Part shown: piece by piece, positions 1-9,584 of the stretch | How positions within the stretch are numbered: position 1 is the first letter of the stretch | Layout of the letters: every line of letters starts with the position of its first letter | DNA from: an uncultured bacterium | Lineage (GTDB): Bacteria > Krumholzibacteriota > Krumholzibacteriia > LZORAL124-64-63 | NCBI GenBank assembly: GCA_963727525.1 | Contig: CAVSGO010000003.1 | Location: 64,001-128,000 of the forward strand | Length of the DNA: 64,000 nucleotides | Reading direction: 5' to 3' | The notes under the pieces: model-generated | Told to the model about the DNA's origin: nothing | The model's input: only the letters and a program-made list of their open reading frames with translations | The model's database searches: none | Made by a program: the position numbers and the translations under genes

Positions 1-1086
1 GCCCTTCGCGCTCTTCGGCACCTTCTCCCGAAAATCCCCGCCCTACACCGTCCAGCGCTACCTCTGCCTGGCCTGCGGCAGGACCTGCTCAGACCAGACC
101 TTCCGCACCACATACTGGCTCAAACGCGCCGATCTCCTGCCCAAGGTCCACAAGCACGCCGTCTCAGGCGCCGCCAACCGCCAGATCGCCAGGCTCCTCG
201 ACACCTCGCCGACGACCGTCGACAACCTCCTCGCCCGCCTCGGCCGACACTGCATCCTCTTCCATCGACACCTGGTGTCCCAGGCGTCACCCTTCGTGGA
301 CATCGCCATCGACGGCCTCGTCACCTTCGAGCACTCCCAGTACTTCCCCTACGAGATCGTCACGGCCGTCGATCGCCCCTCCAGCTTCATCATCCACTTC
401 GCCGAGGCCGAGCGGCGACGCAGCGGGGCGATGACCGACGAGCAGAAATGGAAACGGTCCCTCTTTGAACAAAACTATGGCCGGCCGGACCCCAGGTCGT
501 TGATGCGGGCGCTGCTCGAGGTGCTCTCGGTCTCGCTCGACGGCGCCACCGAGGCCCACATCTGGAGCGACAAGCACAAGACCTATCCCTACGCGATCGC
601 GAAGCTACGGTATTGCAAGGTGATCCACGAGACGATCGACTCCCGTGAGCCGCGGACGAGTCGCAACCCGTTGTTCGAGGTCAACTTGCTGGACATGTTG
701 CTGCGGCATTGTCTGAAAGACCACACGCGGGAGACGATCGCGTTCGGGAAGCGACGCCAGCATTCGATCTACCGGCTGGCGATCTTCCTGGTGTGGCGCA
801 ACACGATCAAGTTGCGTCGGGAGAAGCGGTGCTGGAGCACGCCGGCGATGCAGATCGGGATCGCCACGAAGCCCCTGACCGAGGAGGAGGTGTTGTCGCG
901 GCGGCTGTTCGTGTCGCATATCGAGTTGCCGCCGTTGTGGGATGACTACTACTGGCGACGGGTCGAGACGCGGCCATTGAAGGTGAACCGCAGGCACAAG
1001 CTGACGTACGCCGCGTAGTGAGAAAGTCGGGCCTAGCGGGCGAGATGGCGGTGCGAAGCCTCGTCAACATTCTTCTTGGCACAACC
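1..1086 (+). mobile_element. Right part of an IS1-like insertion sequence; probable right end at 1086
   Basis: Transposase plus a short non-coding tail. The minus-strand end reads GGTTGTGCC (GG-starting, like IS1 ends) exactly where the SEC-C gene is cut off. The left end is outside the window. Confidence 0.6.
2..1018 (+). CDS. IS1-family transposase (Zn-ribbon + HTH + DDE), 5'-truncated by window edge
   Basis: Frame of the 275..1018 ORF is open from base 2. It reads QRYLCLACGRT (InsA-like Zn ribbon), an HTH (NRQIARLLDTSPTTVDN), DGLVTFE and WSDKHKTY acidic motifs, FEVNLLDMLLRH..RETIAFGKR (InsB-like) and C-terminal TPAMQIGI. Confidence 0.75.
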   Translation, partial: PFALFGTFSRKSPPYTVQRYLCLACGRTCSDQTFRTTYWLKRADLLPKVHKHAVSGAANRQIARLLDTSPTTVDNLLARLGRHCILFHRHLVSQASPFVDIAIDGLVTFEHSQYFPYEIVTAVDRPSSFIIHFAEAERRRSGAMTDEQKWKRSLFEQNYGRPDPRSLMRALLEVLSVSLDGATEAHIWSDKHKTYPYAIAKLRYCKVIHETIDSREPRTSRNPLFEVNLLDMLLRHCLKDHTRETIAFGKRRQHSIYRLAIFLVWRNTIKLRREKRCWSTPAMQIGIATKPLTEEEVLSRRLFVSHIELPPLWDDYYWRRVETRPLKVNRRHKLTYAA

Positions 1087-1136
1087 TATTTCTTGCCGCT
1101 ACCGCATGGGCAGGGGTCGTTCCGTCCGAAGCTCAT
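1086..1136 (-). pseudogene. 5' fragment of a SEC-C motif protein gene, interrupted by the IS
   Basis: GAAGGA RBS then MSFGRNDPCPCGSGKK*. The motif normally continues Y/F-K-x-C-C/H; here TA joins the IS end to make TAG. Confidence 0.75.
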
Positions 1137-1263
1137 CGGTAGTCCTTCATGAGGGCACCTGGACGTTCCGGTTCCGCACGTAGCCGAAGATAGCACGGAC
1201 TGCGAGCGGGCTGCAAAACGAAGGGGAACGAGCCGGCCCTGGCCCTCGATGGCCCGCGGGCTC

Positions 1264-4050
1264 TCACCCGCGCGGATCTCCGCTCTCCATGAACCCGCAC
1301 GCATCGGCCAGCACGACCTCCACCAGATCCTCCGGCGCTGCCTGGGCGACATTGGTGTAGCTCGCCGCGAGTCCTTCCGCGCGTCCGATCAGCGCTGCCT
1401 GCTCGAGGCTCAGGAGTCCCCGGGGAACCAGCACCTCGTATATCAGTCTCGCCGGGGGAAGATCCGCGGCGGGGTCGCGTTCGCCGTCGTCGCACGCAAG
1501 GGATCTCGCCACGGCGAGCATGCAGGCGTGGGCCTGGGCCATGGCTTCGGCGCCTGCGCCGGCGGCTCGCAGCGCGGAGGCGGCTGTGAACTTGCGGCGC
1601 GCCACGGCGAGATGTTCGGCGCGTCGCGGATTCGCGTCGGTGCCAGCAGCGGCGGGGGCCTCGGTCGTGTCCGCAGCGGCGATCGAAGGCGTTGCGATGT
1701 CGTCCGCGAATTCCGGAACGACGTCTCCTCCCATCGCCTCCCGGAACACGGCGAGGCACGACGTGGGGGCTTCCAAGGTCTCGATGTCCGCACCCTGATC
1801 CAGCGCCGCGCCGAACAGCGCTTGCTTGTTCGCCAGCGTGTGTTCGAGGCCGGCTTCGAACGAGTCGTCGGCGATCAGGAAGTGGACCAGCACGGGCTCG
1901 GTCTGGCCGTGCCGGTGGACACGGCCGATGCGTTGCTCCAGGACGGCCGGGTTCCACGGCAGCTCGAGGTTGATGACCGAGCTGGCGAACTGCAGGTTCA
2001 GGCCGACGCCGCCGGCGTCGGTGGAGATGAACACGCGGCAGTCCGGGTCGTCGCGGAAGCGATCGATCAGGGCGCCGCGCCGGGCCGTCGGCACGCCACC
2101 ATGGAAGCGCACGTAGCCGAGGCCGAGGGCTTCGGCGCGCGCGGCGGCCAGGCGACCGAAGGTTTCCCATTCGCTGAAGACGACGACCTTGCGATCCGTG
2201 TCGGCGCAGAGATCCTCGAGCAGTCGCGCGAACTCGTCCAGCTTGGGCGAGCCCTCGGTCTCCTTGTCCACGAGCCCCGCCGCGTTGCAGGCCATGCGCG
2301 CCATCTGCATGGCGCTGAAGAGGCGTTTCAGCTCGACCGGCCGCAGGGGTCGTTTCTCGGCCAGCGCCGCGTAGCGCGCCGCGGTCTGCACGCCTTCCTC
2401 CATCAGGTTGCGTTGCGCCGCCGTCATGCCCACATAGAAACGCGAGTCGATGCGCTCGGGGAGCTGCAGCTTCACCTCGTCTTTGGTGCGGCGCAGCACC
2501 ACCGGCGCCAGGCGTCGGCGCAGTTCATCCAGCTTGCGGTAGCCGAGGATCTTGCTGCGACCTTCTTCGTGTACGATGAAGCGTTCGTTGTAGGCCCACA
2601 GTGGTCCGAGCACGCGGCGGTCGATCACCTGCATGATGCTATAGAGATCGTCGAGGCGGTTCTGCAGCGGCGTGCCGGTGAGGACGAAGACGAACGGCGT
2701 GTGGATGTGCTTGATCGCCTCGGCTGTCTTCGTGTGCCAGTTGCGAATGCGCTGGGCCTCGTCGAGGATCAGGAGATCGGGCTTGAGCCCGGCGACGGCG
2801 GCCTGGTCGCGCAGCATCAGCTCGTAGTTGGCGATGGTGAAGGGGGCGTGCTCACGATAAGTGTTCAGGCGCGCCCGTGGCGAGCCCTGGACGACCGTCG
2901 GCTCGAGGTCGGTGAAGCGGCGGATCTCGCTTGCCCACTGCGCCTTGAGCGATGCGGGGCAGACGACGAGCGTGCGGCTCGCTTCGCCTCGATTGCGCAG
3001 GGCCGCATCGGCCGCGATGGCCTGAACGGTCTTGCCGAGGCCCATCTCGTCGCCGAGCAGGGCACGTCCGGTGGCGGCGAGGAATGCCACGCCTTCGCGC
3101 TGGAACGGGTAGAGGTCGACTGCGACGCCCGGGATGCGGCCCGCGTGGGCGAGCATGGCAGGTCGCACCTCGTCATGCCGCGCGCGACGGCAGCGGTCGT
3201 CGGCACACGTTTGCGCGAGATCGATGGCGTCGTCGTAGATGACCAGGTTGCGCAGGCGGTGCGCCCGTACCTGTAAGCGTGCGAACTCGGTTCCGGGATC
3301 GCCGTGGAAGACGCCGGACCCGTCGAAGAACTCGCCGGCCAGGGCCTTCATCGCCGGCGTTGGCTGCGGGGGTAGGAGCAACCGGATGCACGGCGCATCG
3401 CGACGGTCGGCGACGATCTGGGCGATGCCCGGTCCCGTGTCGGCCAGGCGTTCGAACCGGCGCGGTGCGCGCTTCCGCAGACGGTACAGTACCGCTTCGA
3501 TGTGCTTGCAGGTGCCGATCATGGACGTGGCGTGGTCCAGACAGGTGCAACCGTTGACCTGGTCGCATAACGACCGGATCTCGACGACGTACTCGTTGCC
3601 CGACGGCGACGCGACCTCGAAGGTGCCGAAGACACGGTCGCCTGCGAGGAGGTGGATCGCGAAGTCGTCGCTCTCGCCACGACGGCGGCGCACCTCGAGT
3701 TCGCGGGCCTCGAGCGCGGCCAGGGTCGGAAGCTCCCGACTCCCATCGATCTCCAGATGGGCGGCCAGCACAGCGATACCGTGCTTGCAGAATGGCTCCC
3801 AGTCGAAGGGGCAGGTGCACACGCAGCCCACCAGGTCGCCATCGCGCGTGACCTCCACCTTGTAGGGAGCGCGTGCATTGCCCGACACCCGCGCCGTCAA
3901 CTTGCCGTCAGCCGCCGCCAGATGGGTGACGCGGCCAGACGCAGCGTAGGCGAGGCCGCGAGCGACAATCCTGGGGCTTGCCAATGCGAAGACGTCGAGA
4001 TCGGCGAAGCGATCGATCAACGATGGGACGGGGCGGGTGGGTGTGGTCAT
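1264..4050 (-). CDS. SNF2-family helicase/ATPase with two N-terminal SWIM Zn fingers and a HEPN-like C-terminus
   Basis: CTCPFDWEPFCKH and CTCLDHATSMIGTCKH; DEMGLGKT, DEAQ, LTGTPLQNRL, GGVGLNL, QRIGRVHR; GGAG RBS before ATG 4050. Confidence 0.9.
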   Translation of the reverse strand: MTTPTRPVPSLIDRFADLDVFALASPRIVARGLAYAASGRVTHLAAADGKLTARVSGNARAPYKVEVTRDGDLVGCVCTCPFDWEPFCKHGIAVLAAHLEIDGSRELPTLAALEARELEVRRRRGESDDFAIHLLAGDRVFGTFEVASPSGNEYVVEIRSLCDQVNGCTCLDHATSMIGTCKHIEAVLYRLRKRAPRRFERLADTGPGIAQIVADRRDAPCIRLLLPPQPTPAMKALAGEFFDGSGVFHGDPGTEFARLQVRAHRLRNLVIYDDAIDLAQTCADDRCRRARHDEVRPAMLAHAGRIPGVAVDLYPFQREGVAFLAATGRALLGDEMGLGKTVQAIAADAALRNRGEASRTLVVCPASLKAQWASEIRRFTDLEPTVVQGSPRARLNTYREHAPFTIANYELMLRDQAAVAGLKPDLLILDEAQRIRNWHTKTAEAIKHIHTPFVFVLTGTPLQNRLDDLYSIMQVIDRRVLGPLWAYNERFIVHEEGRSKILGYRKLDELRRRLAPVVLRRTKDEVKLQLPERIDSRFYVGMTAAQRNLMEEGVQTAARYAALAEKRPLRPVELKRLFSAMQMARMACNAAGLVDKETEGSPKLDEFARLLEDLCADTDRKVVVFSEWETFGRLAAARAEALGLGYVRFHGGVPTARRGALIDRFRDDPDCRVFISTDAGGVGLNLQFASSVINLELPWNPAVLEQRIGRVHRHGQTEPVLVHFLIADDSFEAGLEHTLANKQALFGAALDQGADIETLEAPTSCLAVFREAMGGDVVPEFADDIATPSIAAADTTEAPAAAGTDANPRRAEHLAVARRKFTAASALRAAGAGAEAMAQAHACMLAVARSLACDDGERDPAADLPPARLIYEVLVPRGLLSLEQAALIGRAEGLAASYTNVAQAAPEDLVEVVLADACGFMESGDPRG

Positions 4051-4313
4051 GGCGGCTCCGGGAGAAAGTACGAAGCGGTTGCGCGATCGTCGTCGAGATG
4101 GAGTCCATCGGCAACGGGTCACTGGTGGAAATGCATGGAGGTCACACCCCTGAGTTTCAGCCTACACTCATTCGGCGCAGATGTCAGTTTTTGACGTCGA
4201 CTCGCAGGAGCCCGGCGACGGGCCAGAGATCGCCGGCGCCTTGTCGACACCCCCGATCCCGCCTAGAATCCCTCAGGTTCGCACCGCACTCCTCAGACCG
4301 ATCCGGAGCCGCC

Positions 4314-7169
4314 ATGGTCCTTCAACCCGGTCGCAAGCTGGGCCACTACGAGATCGTCGGTAAGCTGGGTGCGGGGGGTATGGGTGTGGTGTACCGGGCC
4401 CGCGACACGCGGCTCGGGCGGGAGGTGGCGCTGAAGGTCCTGTCCGACAGAGCGGGTCTGGGCGACGACCAGCGCTCCAGGTTCCGTCGTGAGGCGCAGA
4501 CCATCAGTAGCCTGAATCACCCGCACATCTGCACCTTGCATGATGTGGGTGAGGTGGACGGAATCGACTTTCTCGTGATGGAGCTGGTCGACGGTCGCAC
4601 GCTGGCGGAGAGGCTTGGCGAGGGGGCGCTGCCCGTGGCCGAGTTGCTGGCCCTGGCGGACCAGATCCTCTCCGCATTGGCGGCGGCTCATCAGGCGGGA
4701 CTGGTTCACCGCGACTTGAAGCCCGGCAACCTCATGTTGACCGCCACGGGGATCAAGCTGCTCGATTTCGGGTTGGCGCGCACGGCCGCGAAGCGCGCCG
4801 GGGTGTCCGACGACGCCGACGACGCGACGACGGTGGAGTCTCCGTTGACCACCGCCGGCGCACTGGTCGGCACGCTTCCCTACATGGCGCCGGAACAGCT
4901 CGAGGGGCGGGAGGCGGACGAGCGGTCCGACGTCTTCGCGTTCGGGTGCGTCCTCTACGAGATGACGACGGGGCGGCGGCCATTTCCGGGTAACGATCTG
5001 ACGTCTCGTCTGAGCGCTCTGCTTCGGCACCGGCCGGCACCCCTGTGGCAGCTCAATCGCGGCCTGCCCCGGGGCCTGGACCCCATCGCCGCGCGATGCC
5101 TGGAGCTGGACCCGAACCTGCGGTATGCCGATGCCGGCGAGGTTCGGGATGAACTGGCGGCCCTGATGGCGTGGCCGCGCGAGGAGGGGATTCCCGAGCT
5201 GATCAGCCTGTGCGAGCGGATCCTGATCCTGGAGGAGAGCCGCGATTCCTGGACCGCCTTCGAGCTTGCGGCCGAGATCGAGAAACTCGCTCCCGGGGAT
5301 CCGGTGGTCGAGAAGCTGCGGCCCGAATTCGCCAATCCGGTCTCCTTCACCTCGGATCCGCCCGGCGTTCGGGTCTTCGCCGCATACTACGGCGATCCCG
5401 AGACGCAGGAGACGGATCTGGGGTGCACGCCGATTTCGGACCTGTCGTTTCCGCGCGGCCTGGCTCGAGTGCGCCTCGAACTCGACGACCACCGGACCGT
5501 GCACGACCTGGTGTGGATGCTCGGCCCCGATGTGAACAACGCCACGGACGAGGAATCGAGCACCTGGCACTACCAGTTGCGGACGCCGGACGAGTTGCCG
5601 GCTGACATGGAAGAGGTGCCTGCCGGGCGTTTCCCACTGTTCATGCCCGGACTCGATCACCTGGATGCCGAGCCGACCGGCGCGTTCCTCATGGACCGGC
5701 ATCCCGTGACGAACCGGCAGTTCAGTCGCTTCCTCGCCGACGGTGGCTATGCCCGGGAAGAACTCTGGCCGGCGTCGATGCGCGAGGGAGAAGTGCTACT
5801 GGCCTGGAGCGAAGCCATGGCCCGGTTCGTCGACAGCGTGGGACAACCCGGTCCGGCCGGCTGGGTCATGGGCGTGTGTCCGGCCGGCGAAGATGATCAT
5901 CCGGTGACCGGAATCAGCTGGTACGAAGCGGCGGCTTATGCCGCGTGGGTCGGCAAGTCGCTGCCCAGCCTCTTTCACTGGAACCGGGCGGCCTTGACGG
6001 TATCCGGCGCCCAGATCGTCCCCGCGGCCAATCTCGGGGGGCGGGGTACGGTCCCGGTCGGACAGACCCGCAGCATCAACCGGTTCGGCGTTCACGATCT
6101 GGCGGGCAACGTGCGCGAGTGGATCTTCAATCCGGTCGAGGGGACCGGCGACCGCTTCACGCTGGGGGGCGGCTGGAACGATCCCGGCTATGCGTTCGTG
6201 GACGCCTACGCCCAGCCTGCCTGCGACCGGTCCGCGACCAACGGATTCCGCTGCATCATCGCGAGAGAGGCCGCCGACGGAACCGAAAGGCTTCGACGGG
6301 CCATACCGGTCCCGTTTCACGACTTCGGCGCCGAGGAGCCCGTGTCCGACGAGGTCTTCGGGTACTTCCTGAGGCAGTTCCAGTACGACCGATTGCCCCT
6401 GGCGAACACCTTGGTCTGCGACCGTGAGGTCCCGACCGGACGCTGGCAGACCCACGAGATCGACGCCGCGTACGGTCGGCAGAGGATGCAGCTGCACCTG
6501 TTCCTGCCTGTGGGCGGTCGCGCGCCCTACCAGACGGCCATTCTTTTCCCGGGGTCGTTCGTGCTGCAGAAACGGGTGTTCGATCTCGACGAGTTCCGGC
6601 GTGTCGACTTCCTCGTCCGCAGCGGCCGCGCGGTCCTGCTGCCGGTGTACCACGGCACCTATGAGCGCGGCGGACAGCTGGTATCCGATTGTCCGGACGG
6701 ATCCACGACGTACAAGGACCACCTCGTCAAGTGGGGCAAGGACCTCGGCCGGGCCGTCGATTTCGTGGAGGCGCATGCCGAGCTGGATGCCGAGCGGTTG
6801 GCCTACTACGGAGTCAGCTGGGGCGGTGCACTCGGGGCGATCCTCCCGGCCGTCGAACCGCGAATCAAGGTCAACATCCTGTACGTGGCGGGCTTTTGCT
6901 TCCAGCGGCCCCTGCCGGAAGCCGACCAGATCAACTACGTCTCCCGGGTTCGCCAACCGACGCTGATGCTCAACGGGAAGCTCGACTTCTATTTTCCGGC
7001 CCGGACCTCTCAGGAGCCGATGTTCGAGCGCCTCGGGACTCCGGCGGCGGACAAGAAGCGGCTGACGTACGAACGCGGCCATACGGTGCCCAAGACGGAG
7101 ATGATCCGGGAATCGCTCGTGTGGCTGGACCGGTACCTGGGCCGGGTCGCCCCCGTGCCGCGCGGGTGA
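4314..7169 (+). CDS. Ser/Thr protein kinase fused to FGE/SUMF1-like domain and alpha/beta-hydrolase
   Basis: GAGGMGVVY, VALK, HRDLKPGN, DFG, YMAPE; PVTGISWYEAAAYA and DLAGNVREW (FGE-sulfatase); GVSWGG, GKLD, GHTVP hydrolase triad. Confidence 0.9.
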   Translation: MVLQPGRKLGHYEIVGKLGAGGMGVVYRARDTRLGREVALKVLSDRAGLGDDQRSRFRREAQTISSLNHPHICTLHDVGEVDGIDFLVMELVDGRTLAERLGEGALPVAELLALADQILSALAAAHQAGLVHRDLKPGNLMLTATGIKLLDFGLARTAAKRAGVSDDADDATTVESPLTTAGALVGTLPYMAPEQLEGREADERSDVFAFGCVLYEMTTGRRPFPGNDLTSRLSALLRHRPAPLWQLNRGLPRGLDPIAARCLELDPNLRYADAGEVRDELAALMAWPREEGIPELISLCERILILEESRDSWTAFELAAEIEKLAPGDPVVEKLRPEFANPVSFTSDPPGVRVFAAYYGDPETQETDLGCTPISDLSFPRGLARVRLELDDHRTVHDLVWMLGPDVNNATDEESSTWHYQLRTPDELPADMEEVPAGRFPLFMPGLDHLDAEPTGAFLMDRHPVTNRQFSRFLADGGYAREELWPASMREGEVLLAWSEAMARFVDSVGQPGPAGWVMGVCPAGEDDHPVTGISWYEAAAYAAWVGKSLPSLFHWNRAALTVSGAQIVPAANLGGRGTVPVGQTRSINRFGVHDLAGNVREWIFNPVEGTGDRFTLGGGWNDPGYAFVDAYAQPACDRSATNGFRCIIAREAADGTERLRRAIPVPFHDFGAEEPVSDEVFGYFLRQFQYDRLPLANTLVCDREVPTGRWQTHEIDAAYGRQRMQLHLFLPVGGRAPYQTAILFPGSFVLQKRVFDLDEFRRVDFLVRSGRAVLLPVYHGTYERGGQLVSDCPDGSTTYKDHLVKWGKDLGRAVDFVEAHAELDAERLAYYGVSWGGALGAILPAVEPRIKVNILYVAGFCFQRPLPEADQINYVSRVRQPTLMLNGKLDFYFPARTSQEPMFERLGTPAADKKRLTYERGHTVPKTEMIRESLVWLDRYLGRVAPVPRG

Positions 7170-7197
7170 CCCGACCGATCGGTCCTCGGGGGTGGCG

Positions 7198-7479
7198 CTA
7201 GGGCGTGAACTCGTCCAGGACCCGGATGGTATCGACCTTCAGGCCGTCCTCGGCCATGGCCTTCTTGCCCGCGTCGGAATACAGGAGCGCCAGGAATGCG
7301 GCCGTGTCCGGTACCTCGAATACGACGGCCGCCGAATCGGGGTGCTGCTTGCTCCGGAAGGTGCGGGCCTTGACGCCGATCTTCGCGAACAGCGCGTGTC
7401 GACTGTCCGGACCGCTTCCCCAGGCTTTCGCCCAGTGATTTCCGTCCTTCACGTCGTGGGTGATAACCACGGTCGCCAT
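7198..7479 (-). CDS. Small hypothetical protein, probable ferredoxin-like alpha/beta (ABM/cyclase-like) fold
   Basis: 93 aa, AGGAGG RBS, pattern ITHDVKD..W...AMAEDG. Confidence 0.65.
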   Translation of the reverse strand: MATVVITHDVKDGNHWAKAWGSGPDSRHALFAKIGVKARTFRSKQHPDSAAVVFEVPDTAAFLALLYSDAGKKAMAEDGLKVDTIRVLDEFTP

Positions 7480-7766
7480 CTTGGAACCTCCTGGTTGAGT
7501 GGGAGTGCTCGACTGGCGTCCCTATAGGCATCTTCCCGGCGGGTGTTCCAGATTAATTTTGTCCAATTGCAGCGGGGCGCATTGTGGCATGATCTTTCAA
7601 GCCTGCGCCCGCGCCGCATTCACGCTGGCCGGCACGTCCTGCGACCCCGCCTCCGATGTTATCAGATACGCGCAAGCATCGGGTTGTGCCTCGAAGATTG
7701 TTGAACGCGCCCGCCGACGGATCATTTCGACATTAAACACATGAAACCTCGTCGTTCTTGGGTCGC

Positions 7767-9292
7767 CTACGTTGGTAATCGGCCATTTTCTAGCCGTTTC
7801 GGCCCCCTCAACATTCTTCCAGGCACGTCACACAGATTGCCGAGGTCCCGGCGCACGGTGTCGGCGTAGAACGCGGGGAGGTGGTCGCTCTCGCGGGCGA
7901 GGTAGGCGCGGATTTCGGGGTCGGTGTCCAGGCGTTGGCGCAGGTGGCGAAATTGTTTCGGGCGGCCGGAGCCCTCCGACGAGATGGCGCGGACGACGTT
8001 CAACCAGCGCGGCAGCATCGTCCGGTTCGCACGCAGACGCTTCAGCATGGTGCGGCCGCTGAAGCTGTATTGCGTGAGGTCGATGACGTGGTCATAGAAT
8101 TCGCGCCAGCCGTAGTGGAGCGGGACCACGTTCATCGCGTGGTTGTTGTCCAGAAAGTGGAACGGGAAGGGGATCACGCGATTGCTGCGCTGCAGTTCCA
8201 GGTTCAAGGGTGCGGCGCGACCGAAGGCCGTCAGCAGCGAGTAGCCCGGAAAGACGCCGGGGGTTAGGTCGATGAATCGCTTGGTGAGCGCGAACGGCGC
8301 GTCGCCCTCGTCGCAATCGAGGCCCAGCACGAAATTGGCCTGCACATAGGGTACGTGGCGCATGATCATGTTGATCTGATCCGAAACGTGCGTGACCCTG
8401 TCCTCGGCCGTGCGATTGCCGCAGCGCGCCTTCTGTCCGAACCCGAACCACAACTCGACGCCAGGCAGCAGCGCCTTGAATCCGTTGCGCTGCAGCCTCT
8501 TGACGTGTGGCTCGGTGAGCAGGCCGAGTGAACTCTCGGCGGCGAAATCGATGCTGCCCGGTGGCACCGCGTCCTCGATCGCATCGAGGCAATCGTCGAA
8601 CCGGACGCCGAAGTTCGGATCATGCCAGCCGACCCGCGGATGGGGCATGCGGGTGCGCAGGAAGCGCAGGTCGGCCTTGAGCACGTCGAAGGAGAAGGGC
8701 TGGTAGGGAACGGCCGCGTCGATGCAGAACGCGAAGGTGTAGGGGCAGCCGAGACTGCTGATCATCGGCACGAGCTTCAGCACCGGAGCCTTGCGGAGCG
8801 TTTGCGCCACGAACGGCCAGCGCTCCGCGAGGGCCGGCAGCGTCTCGGGCTGGCGCGTGGCCGACATGTGCAGGCCAAGGGGACGGTGCGGTTCGCAGTC
8901 TTGCAGGACGTCCTGGATCAACGGCCGGTCCGTGAAGCCGAATACGTAGTCGTAATAGCGCCGCGCGTCTTCCGGATAGCAGCGCGCATGGGGGCCGCCG
9001 AGGGCCGTGACCGCGCCACGCGAGCGAAAGAGATTGCTGAGCGCATACCCGAGCTGCGCCGATTCGTGAATCCGCAGATGAACACCATGTCGCAGTCGTC
9101 GGACAATTCGCGGGCGAGATCCTCGAGGCCGGTGTAGCAGACGAAGTCGACCCGGTGCCCGAGTTCCTGGCACCAGACCGCGACGGCCTGCGGCATGATG
9201 GAGGCGAGGTTGGCGTGCATCATGCGCGCGTAGAGCGCGCGCGTCGGGGCCTTGTGGACCAGATCGATGATGGCGATGCGGCGTTTGGGCAA
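7767..9292 (-). pseudogene. B12-binding radical SAM protein, frameshifted and degenerate
   Basis: N-terminal part (frame of 8918..9349) joins the 7767..9503 frame at ~9064. GGPH motif is present, but CxxxCxxC reads CPYTFAFC. Confidence 0.75.
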
Positions 9293-9584
9293 CAGATCCC
9301 CGGTTCCGTCGGCCCGCCCAGCGGCGGTGGTAACCCGACCAGACGACACGATCCAATATTATCGAGATCGGTCGGTGCCGGCGATGACCCGGGCCGACGT
9401 CTCCTCGGGAAGGCCCTGCTTCCCAGTTCCAAGTTGCGGCAGAATGGGTCGTGGCAACGGGATACCGTGCCCCGGGGGAGAATCGATTTGAGGTCCTCGA
9501 CATGAAATCCTATGATGACGCCAACTGGTGTCGGGGCTCCGGCATTCCAGACCCGCGTCACACCGTACCGGGAGGGTGCCGTCG

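Noticed and set aside
1249-3276. Long antisense ORFs (e.g. 1249..3276 +, 10429..12492 -, 19632..21464 +, 23975..25636 +)
   Set aside because: Shadow frames of real high-GC genes, with no motifs of their own.
7584-7600. sigma54-like TGGCAT-N5-TTCA
   Set aside because: The -12 GC is missing and there is no downstream gene on that strand.
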